Source: Octopus sinensis (taxonomy: Eukaryota). From it: a stretch of DNA of 64,000 bases. Where the stretch lies: positions 165,044,001-165,108,000 of the forward strand of contig NC_042999.1 of NCBI RefSeq assembly GCF_006345805.1. The letters are read 5' to 3'. This document shows positions 26,190-40,557 of this stretch, piece by piece. The first letter of the stretch is position 1, and every line of letters starts with the position of its first letter. The notes below the pieces were generated by a model, which ran no database searches, was not told the origin of the DNA, and was given only the letters and a program-made list of their open reading frames with translations. Both the position numbers and the translations under genes were made by a program.

Positions 26190-27277
26190 ATGGATAGTAT
26201 ACGACTTGATCGTGGTCGTATTTCCACGTCGCGTCTCTACCGTTCGGGTCCATCGGACGGCTTTAGTTCCTTCGTGTTTTACCGCACAGGCCTTAGCTCT
26301 GACAACGCACCCTTTGTGTTTCGCCTCAAAGAAATGGTCAGGAGCCATTCTCACCGCTAACATGTCGGTCGCGATGCCTTTACTAAAGCCTCTTCTTGTT
26401 TGCCAACTTGTTCTCCCTCTAATCTATTTCTTTCTATTGCTAAATCTTTGCTAAATGCTATCGATTCTACTCTAATCGATCTCTTCAGAGCTATTCACCC
26501 CCTGTTGTTGATGATTGCCCCGTCAACTGCCACTGAACTAGTTCGTTAATCCGGTCCCTGTAGTCTCTACGCACTGGTATGGACGCATTCAACTTCCGGT
26601 AACCGGGTCCTTGTCTACGGGTTCTATCTCAATCGGCTGTTCATATCTCAAATTTGTGATCTACAGACAACCTATGTTATCCCTATCCTCTGACCTAACT
26701 AATGCTCTGTCTAAATACGATCTGGATGATCGACTGTGGTTGCTCTATGTCCACACTGGCACATCAGGTAAATCCAGTCGATATCTGTCAGAAAGCGAGA
26801 AAGTCCTGGGCAGGCTTTCGAGGCTGTTACACCCCCTTCAGTGCGTCCAAAATACTATTCCAGTCCCCCACTAGTACTAAAGTTCGAGATGTTCACCAGA
26901 ATGTGTCTAGATACCTGAAGAAATCTGGCTTTCCATCCCCTGTTGGGGCATAAACTGCCACCAATCTAAAAGCGCCACCTTCGCTGTCATCCACGTCCAG
27001 GACCACCCTACCATTTGAGACCAGGAAGATAGCCCATACTTAGAGATCTAAAGATTTCCGAAGTAGCACTGCCACACCGCCACCCGCTCCCAATAGACGA
27101 TGAGAATATCTCGTCGTCCTCGAAAATGGATGCTAAAGCGTGTTTTGCGGAGATCCTTGTTTCACTAATGGCAACCACATCTAAATCAAGCAACCTGAGA
27201 TCATTGAGCAAGTGACCTTGCTTCCAAGCTGATCCCGGGTCACGCACATTCACACACCCCATTCTCAGCACAGTCAT
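26190..27277 (-). mobile_element. L1/Tx1-like LINE ORF2 5' remnant (APE endonuclease + linker)
   Basis: MTVLRMGCVNVRD...LDVVAISETR; downstream frames give VAVLLRKS, FRLVAVYAP, LVGDWNSILD, SYLDRALV and YWKLN-like motifs; many frameshifts. Confidence 0.78.
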
Positions 27278-27518
27278 GTTGGTCAGAGAAAAAAAAGAGG
27301 AGGTTACTCACCTTGATTTTCGAGAAGCCCGAAGTTCTGGGCTTCTCTGCTGGTGAAAACGTTTTAAAAGGCCCTTCCAACAGCCTTTTAACAACTGATT
27401 TTACATTGGAATTTTTCTCTTATAAACGTCTCGCGACGTTTTAATTAAGTCTGTTCTTCGGGGTTTTGAGGATGAAATCCTCAAATTCCTTTCCTTCTGT
27501 CTCTATTTTGTTTTTGTT

Positions 27519-28010
27519 TTAACTTACAAAATCTATCAATTCACTGAATGTGACAAAGCCAAATAACAAAAGTTTTATTTGATCCTTGAAGCTATTATTT
27601 AATATATTCAGTTTTTCAAAGATAATAAATGCTTTAGCATCAACGGTTAGAAGGTGCTTCATTTCAGGCTTGTCACTTAAAAAGTCACCAAGAACATCAA
27701 ATAGTTCCATAAATCTTTTCAAGAAATTCCCCTTTGAGAGCCACCTTATCGCAGTGTGAGATGAAAGTCTCACATTTTCACAAAACTGTTTGAAAAGAAG
27801 CTCACATTTAGCATTAGCAGCTTTGTTAGCATTAATACATTTTATAACAGATTTTAGTACCACGTTGAGAACAGAAAACATTTTTGGATACTAAGTTCTC
27901 TCTATGAATAACAGTGCACAAGAAGCATTTCTGGATTCTCCTCTTTCACCAATTTTAAGCAGCCTTTTTTCTTGCCCATCATAACAGGAGCACCATCTTA
28001 TATATATCAG
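27519..28010 (-). mobile_element. hAT (Buster/Charlie-type) transposase remnant
   Basis: DGAPVMMGKKKGC...MLLVHC upstream; VIKCINA...LSSHTAIRWLSKGNFLKRFMELFD...IFEKLNILN (HTEVRWLS-type motif). Confidence 0.85.
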
Positions 28011-28099
28011 TGGTGGATTCTAATGGTTTGCAGAATATCATTTCTTCAGCAAATTCAACTTTTAACATATCTTGCATAAAACTTAGATATGTTTCGGCC

Positions 28100-28400
28100 A
28101 AAGAGTGGTCCAGGCCATGTCTAACTTAATAGCATCGAGTTTTGTGGTATCATGGTCTATTCGAGTAGGGAGTTCTTGCTGAGTGAGTTGTATCAAGGTA
28201 TAGGTGGCTTATCCGGTATTCCTTGAAGAAATTTGTCCAGATTCCATTTAAAGGTGATGGGATCCTTTTCCTCTTCGATCTTTTTGGGTCAATGTTAAAT
28301 AGGGCATGGCCTGCTGAGGAAAATAAGTTGTGTTGCAGTGTATTTATGTATTGTGATCCCAAATTGGGTAGGGGTCATATGGCCCGTGGTCCTAGCCTTA
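28100..28400 (-). mobile_element. 3' end remnant of a CR1/L2/Jockey-like LINE
   Basis: Minus-strand frames give HNLFSSAG.ALFNIDPK / IEEEKDPITFKWNLDKFLQGIPDKPP, resembling the C-terminus of such LINE ORF2 proteins. Confidence 0.55.
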
Positions 28401-29640
28401 AATGAATTTTGAAGCTAATGATGAGGTCGTTAGCAATACGACCTCGCTGTCTCTTAGAGTTGATTCATCCATTTCTAATGGATATGTTATATGTAATACT
28501 GTTTCATTCATTTATTAATTATCGCTTCTCATCATTAATACACTTTATTCATTAAGTTATTCATATACTAAAATGTATTTATACATCACTATACGCTTAC
28601 AAATTTCAACACCCAAACATTGTCCCCTTTTCATTGTTTCTTTCTTGTAAACACAAGACACCCACCCACCCACCCACCAAAATCTGGGTTACACACTAAG
28701 TACATATTAAATTTGGTATATACACCCTTAATGTTAAATATATAATTTACTAATGCCCTCTATATCGTAATCGTTTTAATCGGTTTAGCGCTCATAATGT
28801 ATGTTTAATGTTTCATGTAAGTTGTGGCATCCGGTGCCGGCGACCGAGTATCGATCTATCTTATTGCATTTCAATTTGTTTCTTAAACGAATATATAATT
28901 TGTAATGTGAGTATCTGTGCAACAGAGAGGGAAATTAAAACTGCATATGTTGTGAACTTAGATTATGTGTTTATTAATAAAAGTTTAATAACGATAATCT
29001 TTTATTCATACGAACGTAACTGATATGAAATATGTCATAAATAACGGTGACAAACTGAGTTGACACCGCAGGAAGCTGTTGTTGACAAACAGCAGTAATT
29101 GTATTCACCTAAATAGACGTCATTGATTGGTTGAAATTGCCGAAATGCAAGAAATTTAACAAGAAATAGCTTACAAACTACAGAATTTTCTCAAGAAAGC
29201 CAAGAGAAAAAGATGTTTTATGTAACACATTCTACCAGTATACGAAGTTTAAAAGTGTTTAGTTACAAAGAAATTATTTTTTAAATCTGCCGGTCAAAGT
29301 GAAACGATCCAATAGGGGGAGGGTTCTATACAAAAATACCATTTCCACAGTCCATCAATTTGTGTGAGAAACGAAAACTTAGTGTGGTCCTAGTTTTACA
29401 AAAAGAAAGAATGACAATGCCTAGATTGTCTTTAATGATTGATCTACCTGATTAGGGATAATCTGGGGCTAAGAAACAACCACACCAACTATAACAGCAA
29501 CAACGGGCGACGAATAAATAAACTCTACGTGATTACTTTTTCGTCATTTTACTAACAGAAGGACATTTGATAATGTAATCGTAGAGTATATAATGTATAA
29601 AATAAAATATGTCTGAAAATATAATAAAGGATAATAATCA

Positions 29641-30030
29641 GGCGCAGGAGTGGCTGTGTGGTAAGTAGCTTGCTAACCAACCACATGGTTCCGGGTTCAG
29701 TCCCACTGCGTGGCATCTTGGGCAAGTGTCTTCTGCTATAGCCCCGGGCCGACCAATGCCTTGTGAGTGGATTTGGTAGACGGAAAATGAAAGAAACCTG
29801 TCGTATATATGTATATATATATAAGTGTGTTTGTGTGTCTGTGTTTGTCCCCCTAGCATTGCTCGACAACCGATGCTGGTGTGTTTACGTCCCCGTCACT
29901 TAGCGGTTCGGCAAAGAGACCGATAGAATAAGTACTGGGCTTACAAAGAATAAGTCCCGGGGTCGATTTGCTCGACTAAAGGCGGTGCTCCAGCATGGCC
30001 GCAGTCAAATGACTGAAACAAGTAAAAGAG
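29641..30030 (+). mobile_element. tRNA-like SINE, family B, full length, flanked by 81-84 bp direct repeats
   Basis: Head ggcgcaggagtggctgtgtggtaag...ggttcagtccc; cttgggcaagtgtcttc core; internal (TA/TG) tract; tail ...aaatgactgaaacaagtaaaagag. Flanking repeats 29557-29640 and 30033-30113. Confidence 0.92.
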
Positions 30031-30379
30031 AGAGAAGGACATTTGATAATGTAATCGTAGAGTATATAATGTATAAAATAAAATGTCTGAAAATATAATA
30101 AAGGATAATAATCAGGGTTGGACTAGATTTTTATCCTGGGTCTGTTGAATCAGAGCTAACCTGGGATAAAACAGCAACACAATGCTTATTGTACCTGGAC
30201 CCGTCGTCCATAAGAGAGACGTCTAGCCAGATCGATATGATGTATAAAAAAAATTGATATAGAAATATTTAACCAATAATCAATAATACTAAGAGTGAAT
30301 GATGATCGACTTCAATTTTGGCTGATCCAATAGAATAAAATATCTAACATTTAAGTGGTTCATTTTTCTTTAAATTCTC

Positions 30380-30873
30380 GTAGCCTTTCTTCTCTTCTTC
30401 TTTCTTCTTACTTTCGGTATGAGGCTTTTTCCCTCCCTCTTTGCCTCTTCTGTTTCTCTGCATAAATCATTCATATAGTCCCCTCTCTTTCTCCCTCTGT
30501 CTCTCTTTCTCTCTCTCTCTCTTCCTCTCTCTGTCCCTTTCCCCCTTTCTCTCTCTCCCTCTCTCACGCCCACCTCAGTCACTCTCTTTCTTTCCTCTCC
30601 CGCTTTCTCTCTTGCTCTTTCTATTTTCCCGAGCGACGTTTTTTTTTATTTGATTTTTCTTAATTATTTTCTTTTCCTGGCCTTTCTTTCCCTTCTTTTT
30701 CTTTCTTTTTCTTTTTTGACAGTCTTACCATTTCTTTCTTCATTTCTCGTTAGCTTTTCATCTTTTTTAATTCGTTCGCTTTCTTTGATTTCTCTTTCTA
30801 CCCACCCCTTCCTGTTAGTCTGTTTGTGTCTCTTTCTCTCGCTATCTTTGTCTATCTACCTATCTATCTATCA

Positions 30874-30923
<50 letters not shown>

Positions 30924-31450
30924 TTATCTACCTATCTATCTATCTATTTATCTATCTATCTGTCTGTCAGTCTATCAATCTATCTATCTGTCTATCAATC
31001 TCTCTCTCTCTCTCTATCTATCTATCTACCTATCTATCTATGCGTCTGCCTGTCTACCTTTCCCTGTTTATCTTATTTGTTTCTCTCACTTTTTATGCCT
31101 ATCTGTCTCTCACACACACTCTCTCTCTCTCTCTTTCGCTTTCTCTTTCATTTTTTGCTTGTCTTCTCTCTTTTACTCAGTATGTTTGTCTCTCTCTCTC
31201 CCTCTCTCTTTCTCCCTTTCCACTTCTCTCCTCCTCTTGCTCTCTTTCTACCTACCTCTCACTTTCCCACTTTCTATGTTTCGTTCTCTCTCTTTCTCTC
31301 TCCCTCTCTCTCTCTTTCTCTCTCCCTCTCTCTCTATCTTTCTCACTCTGACTTTCTGTCACTCACTCTGTCTGTCTCTTTCTCTACATCTCAACCCCTC
31401 TCTTACTCCCTCCCTCTTTCCCCACTTCCTGATCTCCTCCTTTCAGTTCT
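30380..31450. repeat. ~1 kb polypyrimidine (CT)n/(TCTA)n low-complexity tract
   Basis: Direct reading; source of the SLSL/LSIY ORFs. Confidence 0.92.
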
Positions 31451-31589
31451 CTCAATAATTCCACATCACCTCTGTAACAAAGAGTTGTAACAATGAAAGA
31501 GACATCCAACATATTTCAATAGCAACTTGATTAGTTACAACCAGCATTAGTCCCGTAGCTCATTAGCCAATGGTACTCTAAATCTGCTC

Positions 31590-31800
31590 CAAGGTACCGC
31601 AAGGACGGTGCTCCATATGTCTTTGGTTTTTTGAAAGGACGGGGGTTCAGCTCCCGCAGACCATATTTTTGAATGTACCTTTCTCTATTTTCAAAAGATG
31701 GTAGGGTTTTGATTTAATATGGTTTTACTACTTGCACGTTGAACGGTGGTCCCTCTTTGAATGATCATGTGGAATATTTCTTTGTTGCCAATACATGGGG
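31590..31800 (-). mobile_element. Possible PLE GIY-YIG C-terminal remnant
   Basis: Minus strand gives ...PPFNVQVVKPY*IKTLPSFENRERYIQKYG..ELN, similar to the RENRE..I.KY..LN ending of PLE endonucleases. Confidence 0.4.
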
Positions 31801-32349
31801 ATAATGGAAGAAGATTTGTAAAGGGTCAAAGTCTGAAGAGCATCAGGTATGAGTCCATACGTTCAAAGTTCAAATCTCAACTTGTTGAAATTCCTTTTCC
31901 ATTTCCTCTTGGCCATTAAAAAAAAGGCCCACAATATATTGATTATTGATCGAAACAACTACTCACTTCACAACATACATCAGTGATGAACCACAACTAG
32001 TTGTACAGCATTCCACCCGTGAGAGATTGATGCAGGATGTGTCGAAACGATCGTTGTGAGCAGTAAAGTCTCTCGTATATTCTATTTTCCACTTCTATCA
32101 TTTGTTATTTACTCAACGAACACTGATAAATTACTGAGGCATATCCAGCGACAATTGCGTAAATATTGTGGATGACGTCAGGTACCTATAGGCAGTGTAC
32201 GTGCTTCATCGGCTAACTACTAGCAACATAGTCAATACGTAAATAATTACTTATAAACATGCACACACAAACACACACACATACACACATAAACACACAC
32301 ACACATACACACACAATCACATGCACTCACACACACGCTCACACACATG

Positions 32350-32396
<47 letters not shown>

Positions 32397-32499
32397 GATG
32401 GGCTTCTTTTAATTTCTGTCTACCAAATCCACTCATCCATCCATCCAACCAGCCTCCCAATCAACCATATTAAATATAACGAAAGATACATACACACCA

Positions 32500-32715
32500 G
32501 CCCACATGCATGCATACTTTCTCTATATATATACATGTGTATGTGCGTCAGTGTGTCTACATATATATATGCATACATACATACATACATACATACATTC
32601 ATATATATATATCTATACATATATATACATACATATATACATTCATATATATATATATATACATATATATACATACATATATACATATATATATTATATA
32701 TATATAACATACATA

Positions 32716-32799
<84 letters not shown>

Positions 32800-32803
32800 C
32801 ATA

Positions 32804-32836
<33 letters not shown>

Positions 32837-32903
32837 CATATATACATATACATATATACATATATATATATATATACATACATATATACATATATACATA
32901 TAT

Positions 32904-32934
<31 letters not shown>

Positions 32935-32937
32935 ATA

Positions 32938-33009
<72 letters not shown>

Positions 33010-33094
33010 CATACATACATATACATACATATATATATACATACATACATATACATACATATATATACATACATACATACATATATTTATATAT

Positions 33095-33135
<41 letters not shown>

Positions 33136-33254
33136 CCCTTTTACTAAGCCCTTTATAAAATGTAATATTTTGAATTCGCCTTAAATGGTCCCTTTACATA
33201 CTGAATACTTGGTGAAATTGATTAATACTTAATTAATTTTACCCTCAATTGTTG

Positions 33255-33340
<86 letters not shown>
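32500..33340. repeat. (TA)/(TACA) compound microsatellites
   Basis: Direct reading. Confidence 0.93.
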
Positions 33341-33344
<4 letters not shown>

Positions 33345-33851
33345 ATGAACATATGCATATATGTATGCATATATATATTAGGAATATTTGCATATATGTA
33401 TATATATATGTACGTGTGAATATATATATATACATGCGTACATAAATATAAATACATATATACATACACATAGACACACACAAACATACACACGCATTCA
33501 CATCACACACACGCATTCACGCACACATACACACACACACACACGCGCGCATTCACACACACACACACACACACTTACGAGACGTATTCAAATGTTGATG
33601 TTTTTCAATGACTGTCTGGAAACCATTCTGAAAATAAGCTCCTGGAAGATGACAGAGAAACAGCAACAATCAATATATCGATTGATAAGTATTTCTTGTC
33701 ATAAGCGATCTAAGAATGCATCTCACACCAATTTAAGGTTTAATTCTCATCTTATATGTATATATAGACAGATATATGTATATATATATACATATATATA
33801 TATATATAGAGAGAGAGAGATTCATACATACATATTTATATATATATATAT

Positions 33852-33893
<42 letters not shown>

Positions 33894-34048
33894 TATATAT
33901 ATACGTATGTATATATATATACATGTGTATGTATGCATGTATATATACGTATGTAGGTATTTAGGTATCTATGTACGTATATATATATATATATAAATAT
34001 GCATCTGTCTATATGTATGTATGTGTGTGTGTATATATATGCATATAT

Positions 34049-34098
<50 letters not shown>

Positions 34099-34879
34099 GA
34101 TATATGTTTCAAATGTCAGACTGAAAGTTCTTGTTGAACAACTTATTCAATGAAAGGTCAATAGTGTCCCAGAAAACTTCAAAATTTCGTCGTTGTAGTA
34201 GTAGTAGTAGTAGTAGTAATAGTAGTAGTAGTAGTAGTAGTAGTTTAAGTATTATTTATTATTAGTAAGGATAACAGTTGTACTATTATACGTGGTTATG
34301 GCACCAGCAGCAGCAATAGTAGGTCTTGTTTAGCCGCAGGTCAGTTCTAATGTCCAGTGAACCTATGATGAAAGCTATCCCAGTATTTATTTGTAATTCT
34401 TTAGACGGAAATTTTAAAGTTTAATGAAAATTTCAAATTTAATGTATCGATGTAATTTTCCCCGCTGAATCTCAGAACCTAATTCACTTTTTCCCGAAAA
34501 AATTTTTCTTTTTAAGTTACAGAGGTTTAAAGATTGATCATTTTTACCCACTCAGAAAACAGGATTTGGAAGCTGTCATTTTGTGCTTGACTACACGTGT
34601 TGTTAACTCTAAACAAATGAAATATTGGCGGAATTCTACTTTACGCACGCAATATAACCCCTCATAACTTTTTTATTCCTTGGAATTTTGTATTGGCGAA
34701 AGTCATTGATACCTCCGTGGGTTTGGAAGAAAGGATTAGCCGAACTCTTATAAAGAATAGCGTATTGGTTGAGACGAGAAACGTGGTAGGAGTCGCTGAG
34801 AATTCGTGCAAGTCGTTGACACCGTTGACTGTAAAAACAGGAAAGCCTATGTTAATGGAAACTTTAACCCCTTGACGCC

Positions 34880-36570
34880 AGTTTTACCCGAAGCCTGCGA
34901 ATTGAAAGAAAAAATAAAAAGTATTTTTTATGAAGTTCTGCCCAATAAATTAGGTCTGTGTACCAAGACAAAAGCTTGTTTTCAAATTAAAAAATGTCAT
35001 ACCAGTATTTAAACCAAAACGAATGGTAGCCTTCGCAGCGATGAAGCAAGTCAATGAAGAATTAGAGAGACTACAAAAAATTGGAGTTATCCAAAAAGTA
35101 AAATATTCTAAATGGGTAGCACCAACTGTGTATATTAAGAAAAAGAATAATAAAATCAAAATGTGCGCTGGTTTTTCCACCGGTTTAAACGAATGACTTT
35201 TAACGTGCCACTATCCGCTACCTACTCCGTAGGATATTTTTGCGAAATTAAAGGGTGGAAAGATATTTTCTAAATTGGGTCTCTTTGATACGTACCTACA
35301 AGTTAGAATAGATGATGAGTGCTCGAAATACCTTAACACACATAAAAGACTATAAGTACAACAGGTTACCATTTGGTTTAAAAGTTGCACCAGCGATTTT
35401 TCAACAGATTATGGATGCAATGTTAGTGGACTGTGAATTTACAAATCTGGATCTGGATAATATACTCATTAAAAGCAATTCCAGGGGCCAACACGCCGAG
35501 TACGTAAAATATGCATTTGAAAAAATTAAGGATTACGGCTTTACCTTGAGTGAAGAAAAGTGTGAATTTTTCTTACTGGAAATAAGATATCTAGAACAAA
35601 TCATTGACAAAAACGGACGATGACCTGACTTATCGAGGGCAGACACAATAAAAAATATGAACTTACAAACATTTTAGGACTGGTAAATTATTACCAAAAT
35701 TATATCCCAAATATGCATAGGGTTAGGGCTCCACTGAATAATTTGCTGAATAAAGATACGAAATGGAATTGGTCGTAAAATTGCTAAAAGCCGTTTGACA
35801 AAATTTTAAAAAATATTAATATCTGATTTGTCGTTAGCTCACTTCGATCCTGCACTGGAGACTGTTGTAGCTTCAGACGTTTCTGAGTACGGTATAGGTA
35901 CAGATTTTCTATAGATTTTGCTGGGCCAATAAATGGCGCGTGTTACCAGATTGTAGTAGATAGTTATACTAAGTGGTGGAAATATGTAGATGTAGGAAAC
36001 TAACCTCTACGGTAACAATAGAACTTCATGAACTATTTGCAAGATATGGTGTCCTGAACACCGTAGCATCCGATAACGGAATGCAGTTTACGGCGTATGA
36101 ATTAAAAGATATTTGCAAAATGTACGCAGTTGAACACATCTCTACTCCGCCATATCACCCAAGATCAAACGTACAAGCGGAACGGTTCATGGATACATTT
36201 AAAAGAGCATTAAAGAAATCAAGAAACTAGCTAATCGATGGTGCAACATTGACACAATTCTTCGGGATTTATGGGATAACACGAAACCCAAACACTTGTT
36301 CAGGCAAATTGTCTGCAAAACTAATGTTTGCACGAAAAATAAAGTCAATTTTTGACAAGCTGTTACCACTAAGAAAAACAAATAGAGAAAACACTAAAAT
36401 ATGACAAAGTATTTTGATATAAATGACAAGGTGTTTTTCAAAATATATAAAAATGAAGGGTGGGAAAAGAGAAAGTTGGGAAGGCGGAATAGTGACAGAA
36501 CAAATAGACAAAATGACGTATATGATAAGAGGCGAAAAGTGGGAAAACAAAAGACATTCAAAAAAAAAAA
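34880..36570 (+). mobile_element. Ty3/gypsy pol remnant (RT, partial RNase H, integrase core), internally deleted, no LTRs seen
   Basis: PVFKPKRMVAFA...EELERLQKIGVI...SKWVAPTV; YNRLPFGLKVAPAIFQQIMD; degenerate LDLDNILI; EEKCEFF...YL; integrase SDNGMQF...PPYHPRSNVQAERF..TFK. Confidence 0.9.
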
Positions 36571-36712
36571 GAAATATTAAATTTCTAAATATCTCAGAGA
36601 GATATAAGCAGTGGTGGTACGATAGAGCAGTTGTATACTGTCAACTTAACGTGACAGTCCCATGTATAATTGCATGTATGCATGAATGTATGTATGCATG
36701 CACCTATGAATG

Positions 36713-36746
<34 letters not shown>

Positions 36747-36764
36747 TGTATGTATGTATGTATG

Positions 36765-36975
36765 TTTTTGTATCTGTGTTTGTTCCCCACCACCACTTGA
36801 CAACCCGTGTTGGTGTGATTACGTCCCCGTAACTTAATGGTTCGGCAAAATAGAACAATAGACTAAATACTAAGTCTAAATAATAAGCTCTGGGGTCGAT
36901 TTGTTCTAATAAAAATTTCTCAATGAGGCTTTTTAGTATGACCACAGTCAAATGACTGAAGCAAGTAAAAGATAA
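36765..36975 (+). mobile_element. SINE family B, 3' half
   Basis: gtgtttgttccccc...gtgtgattacgtccccgtaacttaatggttcggcaaa...aaatgactgaagcaagtaaaaga. Confidence 0.82.
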
Positions 36976-37445
36976 ACGATATCCATACTTAAGATAGCGA
37001 TTGTATCCAGCATTATAAGGAAAAGAATCTCTCGGCAATTTGACACTGCAACTTTTCCTGTTTTTTAACAATTAGTAGTTATCATCGCTAGTGGTAGTCA
37101 TTTTACAATTTTACAACGAATAATTGCGGACCACATAAGTATTAAGAGTTTTTTTTTTATTTCTCAGAAGCGGACATCCTCCTGCAAAAGAAATTAAACG
37201 CAGAGATATATCAGCTTACGAATCGCTCACCAATCATTCATATATTGCTCGCGTCACAGCAAGGTGAAATGTTAAATGTCTTGGATAGGATACCCCTCAC
37301 TAACCTTTATATATGTGTGTTGTGCATACACACACACACACACACACACACGGATTTATCCCATACACAGACACACACATATCTATATATTCAAAAATTT
37401 TGGAAAAAATACTTGATAGAGTCACAATATTTAAAGAAAGGATAA

Positions 37446-37625
37446 GGCGGCGTTCTGGCAGAATCGTTAGCACGCCGGCCAAATTCTGTGTTCAAATTTC
37501 GCCGGGGTCGACTTTACCTTTCGAGCTCGATAAAGTAAGTACCAGTTGAACACTGGGGTCGATTTGACCGACTTAGGCCCTACCCCGAAACTGTAGGTCT
37601 CGTACCAAAATTTGAAATCAATATT
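37446..37625 (+). mobile_element. SINE family A (internally deleted)
   Basis: ggcggcgttctggcagaatcgttagcacgccgg...gtcgactttacctttcg...ccaaaatttgaaatcaatatt. Confidence 0.82.
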
Positions 37626-37836
37626 AAAGAAAGATTTTCTTAAAAATGATCAACTATTTGAATATTTTGTTTGTTTTCTGTTTGAAAAACAGACTACCAT
37701 AAACCTTTTGCAAAGACCTTATCGTATGTATTGCGTGTAAGTGTTGCTTATGTTAACTCCCATTGTTCCCACCTTTTACTGTCGCTCTCTCTCTCCCCCT
37801 CTCTCTCTCTCTCGCCTATCTTTATACGATGTAAAG

Positions 37837-38114
37837 CAGTTGTTCCCAAAGTGAGCGGTTCTACCCCCTGGGGGCAGTGGAAGAACCCAAGGGTGCGTGG
37901 AAGAAAAGTGGAGTGATAATGGGGTGGCGAAAAGGGGGAGATGGGTGTAAAACAACAAAATAATGGGTTTAGTTTTATTTGTGAAATACAGTTGTTTTGA
38001 AATTGCGGCAGAAAATGATCTATGTTTGTGGTGATGGTGAGTTATGGGAGGGAGGCGCTCGGAATGTGACCTGGTGTCAAGGGGGCAGCAGCCCGAAAAA
38101 GTTTGGGACACACC
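37837..38114. mobile_element. Probable hAT-type MITE
   Basis: Ends cagttgttcccaaag / aagtttgggacacacc resemble degenerate CAGTGGTTCCCAAAC-type terminal inverted repeats. Confidence 0.4.
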
Positions 38115-38214
38115 AATGTCTGACGGGAAAAATCAAAGAACCAGTTCATCAACCAATCAAATCAAGATTTATATTGTTTACTGATGCTGAAAAAATTCCG
38201 TCGTGTGTACATGT

Positions 38215-38450
38215 GTGTGTGTGTGTGTCTGTGTGTGTGTGTCTGTGTTTGTACTCCCCGCAACCTGACAACCGCTGCTAGTTTGTTTACGTCCCCGTAA
38301 TATAGCGGTTTGGAAAAAGTCTGATTGAATAAATAGCAGGCTTTACAAAGTAAGTACTGAAATCGATACACGCAGTTGAAAATTCTTCGAGGCGGTGTCT
38401 CAGCATGGCCGCAGACTAATGGCTGAAACAAATATAAAAAAGAAAAAGAA
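38215..38450 (+). mobile_element. SINE family B, 3' half
   Basis: gtgtttacgtccccgtaatatagcggtt...ggcggtgtctcagcatggccgcagactaatggctgaaacaaa. Confidence 0.82.
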
Positions 38451-38546
38451 AAGAACAAAGATATATATGTGAGTGCGTTTTTATACACATATGCATCTAG
38501 CTAGCCATCTATGTGTATGTATGTAAGTATGTATGTACATATCTAC

Positions 38547-38627
<81 letters not shown>

Positions 38628-40010
38628 GTCTGTCTGTCTCTGTGTCTGTCTGTCTGTCTCTCTATGTATGTATATTTGTATGTCATTATTCAGTTTTATT
38701 TCAAGATTTCTTGCAAATAGAGAAAGAGTCGGTTTTTGACCATGATCTAAGGCTCCTTCATTGAAATTTCAACAACATCAATATGGTATTTTTGTACGTC
38801 TGTCTGTCTGTATGTATGCATGTATGTATGTACATGTGCAGATTTGTATGCTTTTGTACTACGTATGTATTCTCATGCACATAGTTTTATATCTAGACAT
38901 GCTCATATATACTTAAATGATATAAATTTCTGGTACGTTTTACAGATTTTTACAATTCCAGTGATGAATTAGATTTATAGTCTTCGAATCAGCTTTCTCT
39001 TTTCTGATGTGTGTGTGTATGTATGTATGTATGTATGTATGTATGTATGTATGTATGTATGTATGTATGTATGTATGTATGTATGTATGTATGTATGTAT
39101 GTATATGCATTATTGGTCAGATCTCCATAAGTCAGAAATGTTTGTGCTGTTACCTTCTTATATTGTCTAGTAACATATTTCTCGTTAAGATATATAGCTG
39201 GTCAGAAAGCTACCATTAGTTTCACGCTGCCAATTCACTATCTATTTATCTATCTATCTATCTATCTATCTATTTATCTGGATAGGTAGGTCGGTAGGTA
39301 GATAAACAGACAGGCAGACTGATAGATATAGATATATACATAACTATATATATTAATGTATATACATACATATATATATATTAATATATATACATATATA
39401 TATAAATATATATGCTTATGTATTTACACACACACACACATATTTATACACACACATAAACGATTAGCGCTTGCGATCTGTCCAAGCTTCAGTTCATGTG
39501 AAACCACCATTTTCATCAACACTTCAGTGATAAATAACGATAATCAAGTATATCATCAATAACTGAAGTATAGATCACAAACATATGTTGTTTCTACACA
39601 TGGTTCCCACACTACATTATTAACTAGATATTAATTGAATTGAATTCCATAAATAAAAAGATCAGCTCGAAAATTGAAGCACTTAGTTTTCTCCATTTTG
39701 TTTTCGAAAACTTACTTACGAGACTTAATATTGATTTTTGTTTAAGGAGATTTATTATTTATTTTCATATCCTTATTAAATATTGGAAATAGCTACTTCA
39801 GTAAACGTTTTAATTCTCACTTTCTCCCTCTTCGTGTCAATCATTTATCTCTCATTTCGTATGATGTTGAAGTCGAACTTACTTAAACTTGAACTATTAT
39901 GATGATTATGATAGCGTCTGAGAGGAAAGGCCGACCGGTTGGTTGGGTTAGGGTTTGTTGTATCACTCATTGAATTATTTTATATATACGGATGTGTGCG
40001 TGTGTTTATG

Positions 40011-40068
<58 letters not shown>

Positions 40069-40121
40069 TAGATAGATGGATAGTTAGATAGATATAGATA
40101 GATAGATAGATAGTTAGATAG

Positions 40122-40202
<81 letters not shown>

Positions 40203-40557
40203 TATTATTAGTTTCTTACCTCCTAATTTGATAATTACTAGTATCCTTGTGATATAATTTTTGGGGTAAAAATCATCAAAACTTGGAATGAAAGAGAAGT
40301 TGACTTTTTTGCTATTGTATTCACAAGGTAACCCTGATCGGGTGGACTTATGATCAACTTATATTCTCTTCTTGAGAAACCCATTTCTTCTCTTTTTTTC
40401 AGAGATCCTGTATTTATTATTACGTTATCAAATGTGGTCTGTCTAAGTTGTTAGACTGTGATTAAAATTAGATACAACAACTATTTTTAGAAAACCAAGG
40501 CTTCCATCCACTTCGGCTTGTTGAGATGGTATACTTGTGTTCAAATGGGATATTATA

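Noticed and set aside
30380-31450. Long L/S-rich ORFs suggesting a membrane protein
   Set aside because: They are translations of a (CT)n/(TCTA)n tract.
32015-32060. ttgatgc...GAAACGATCGTT as a hammerhead
   Set aside because: The stem III palindrome matches PLE2's, but the core has two mutations and stems I/II cannot be drawn; at most a relic.
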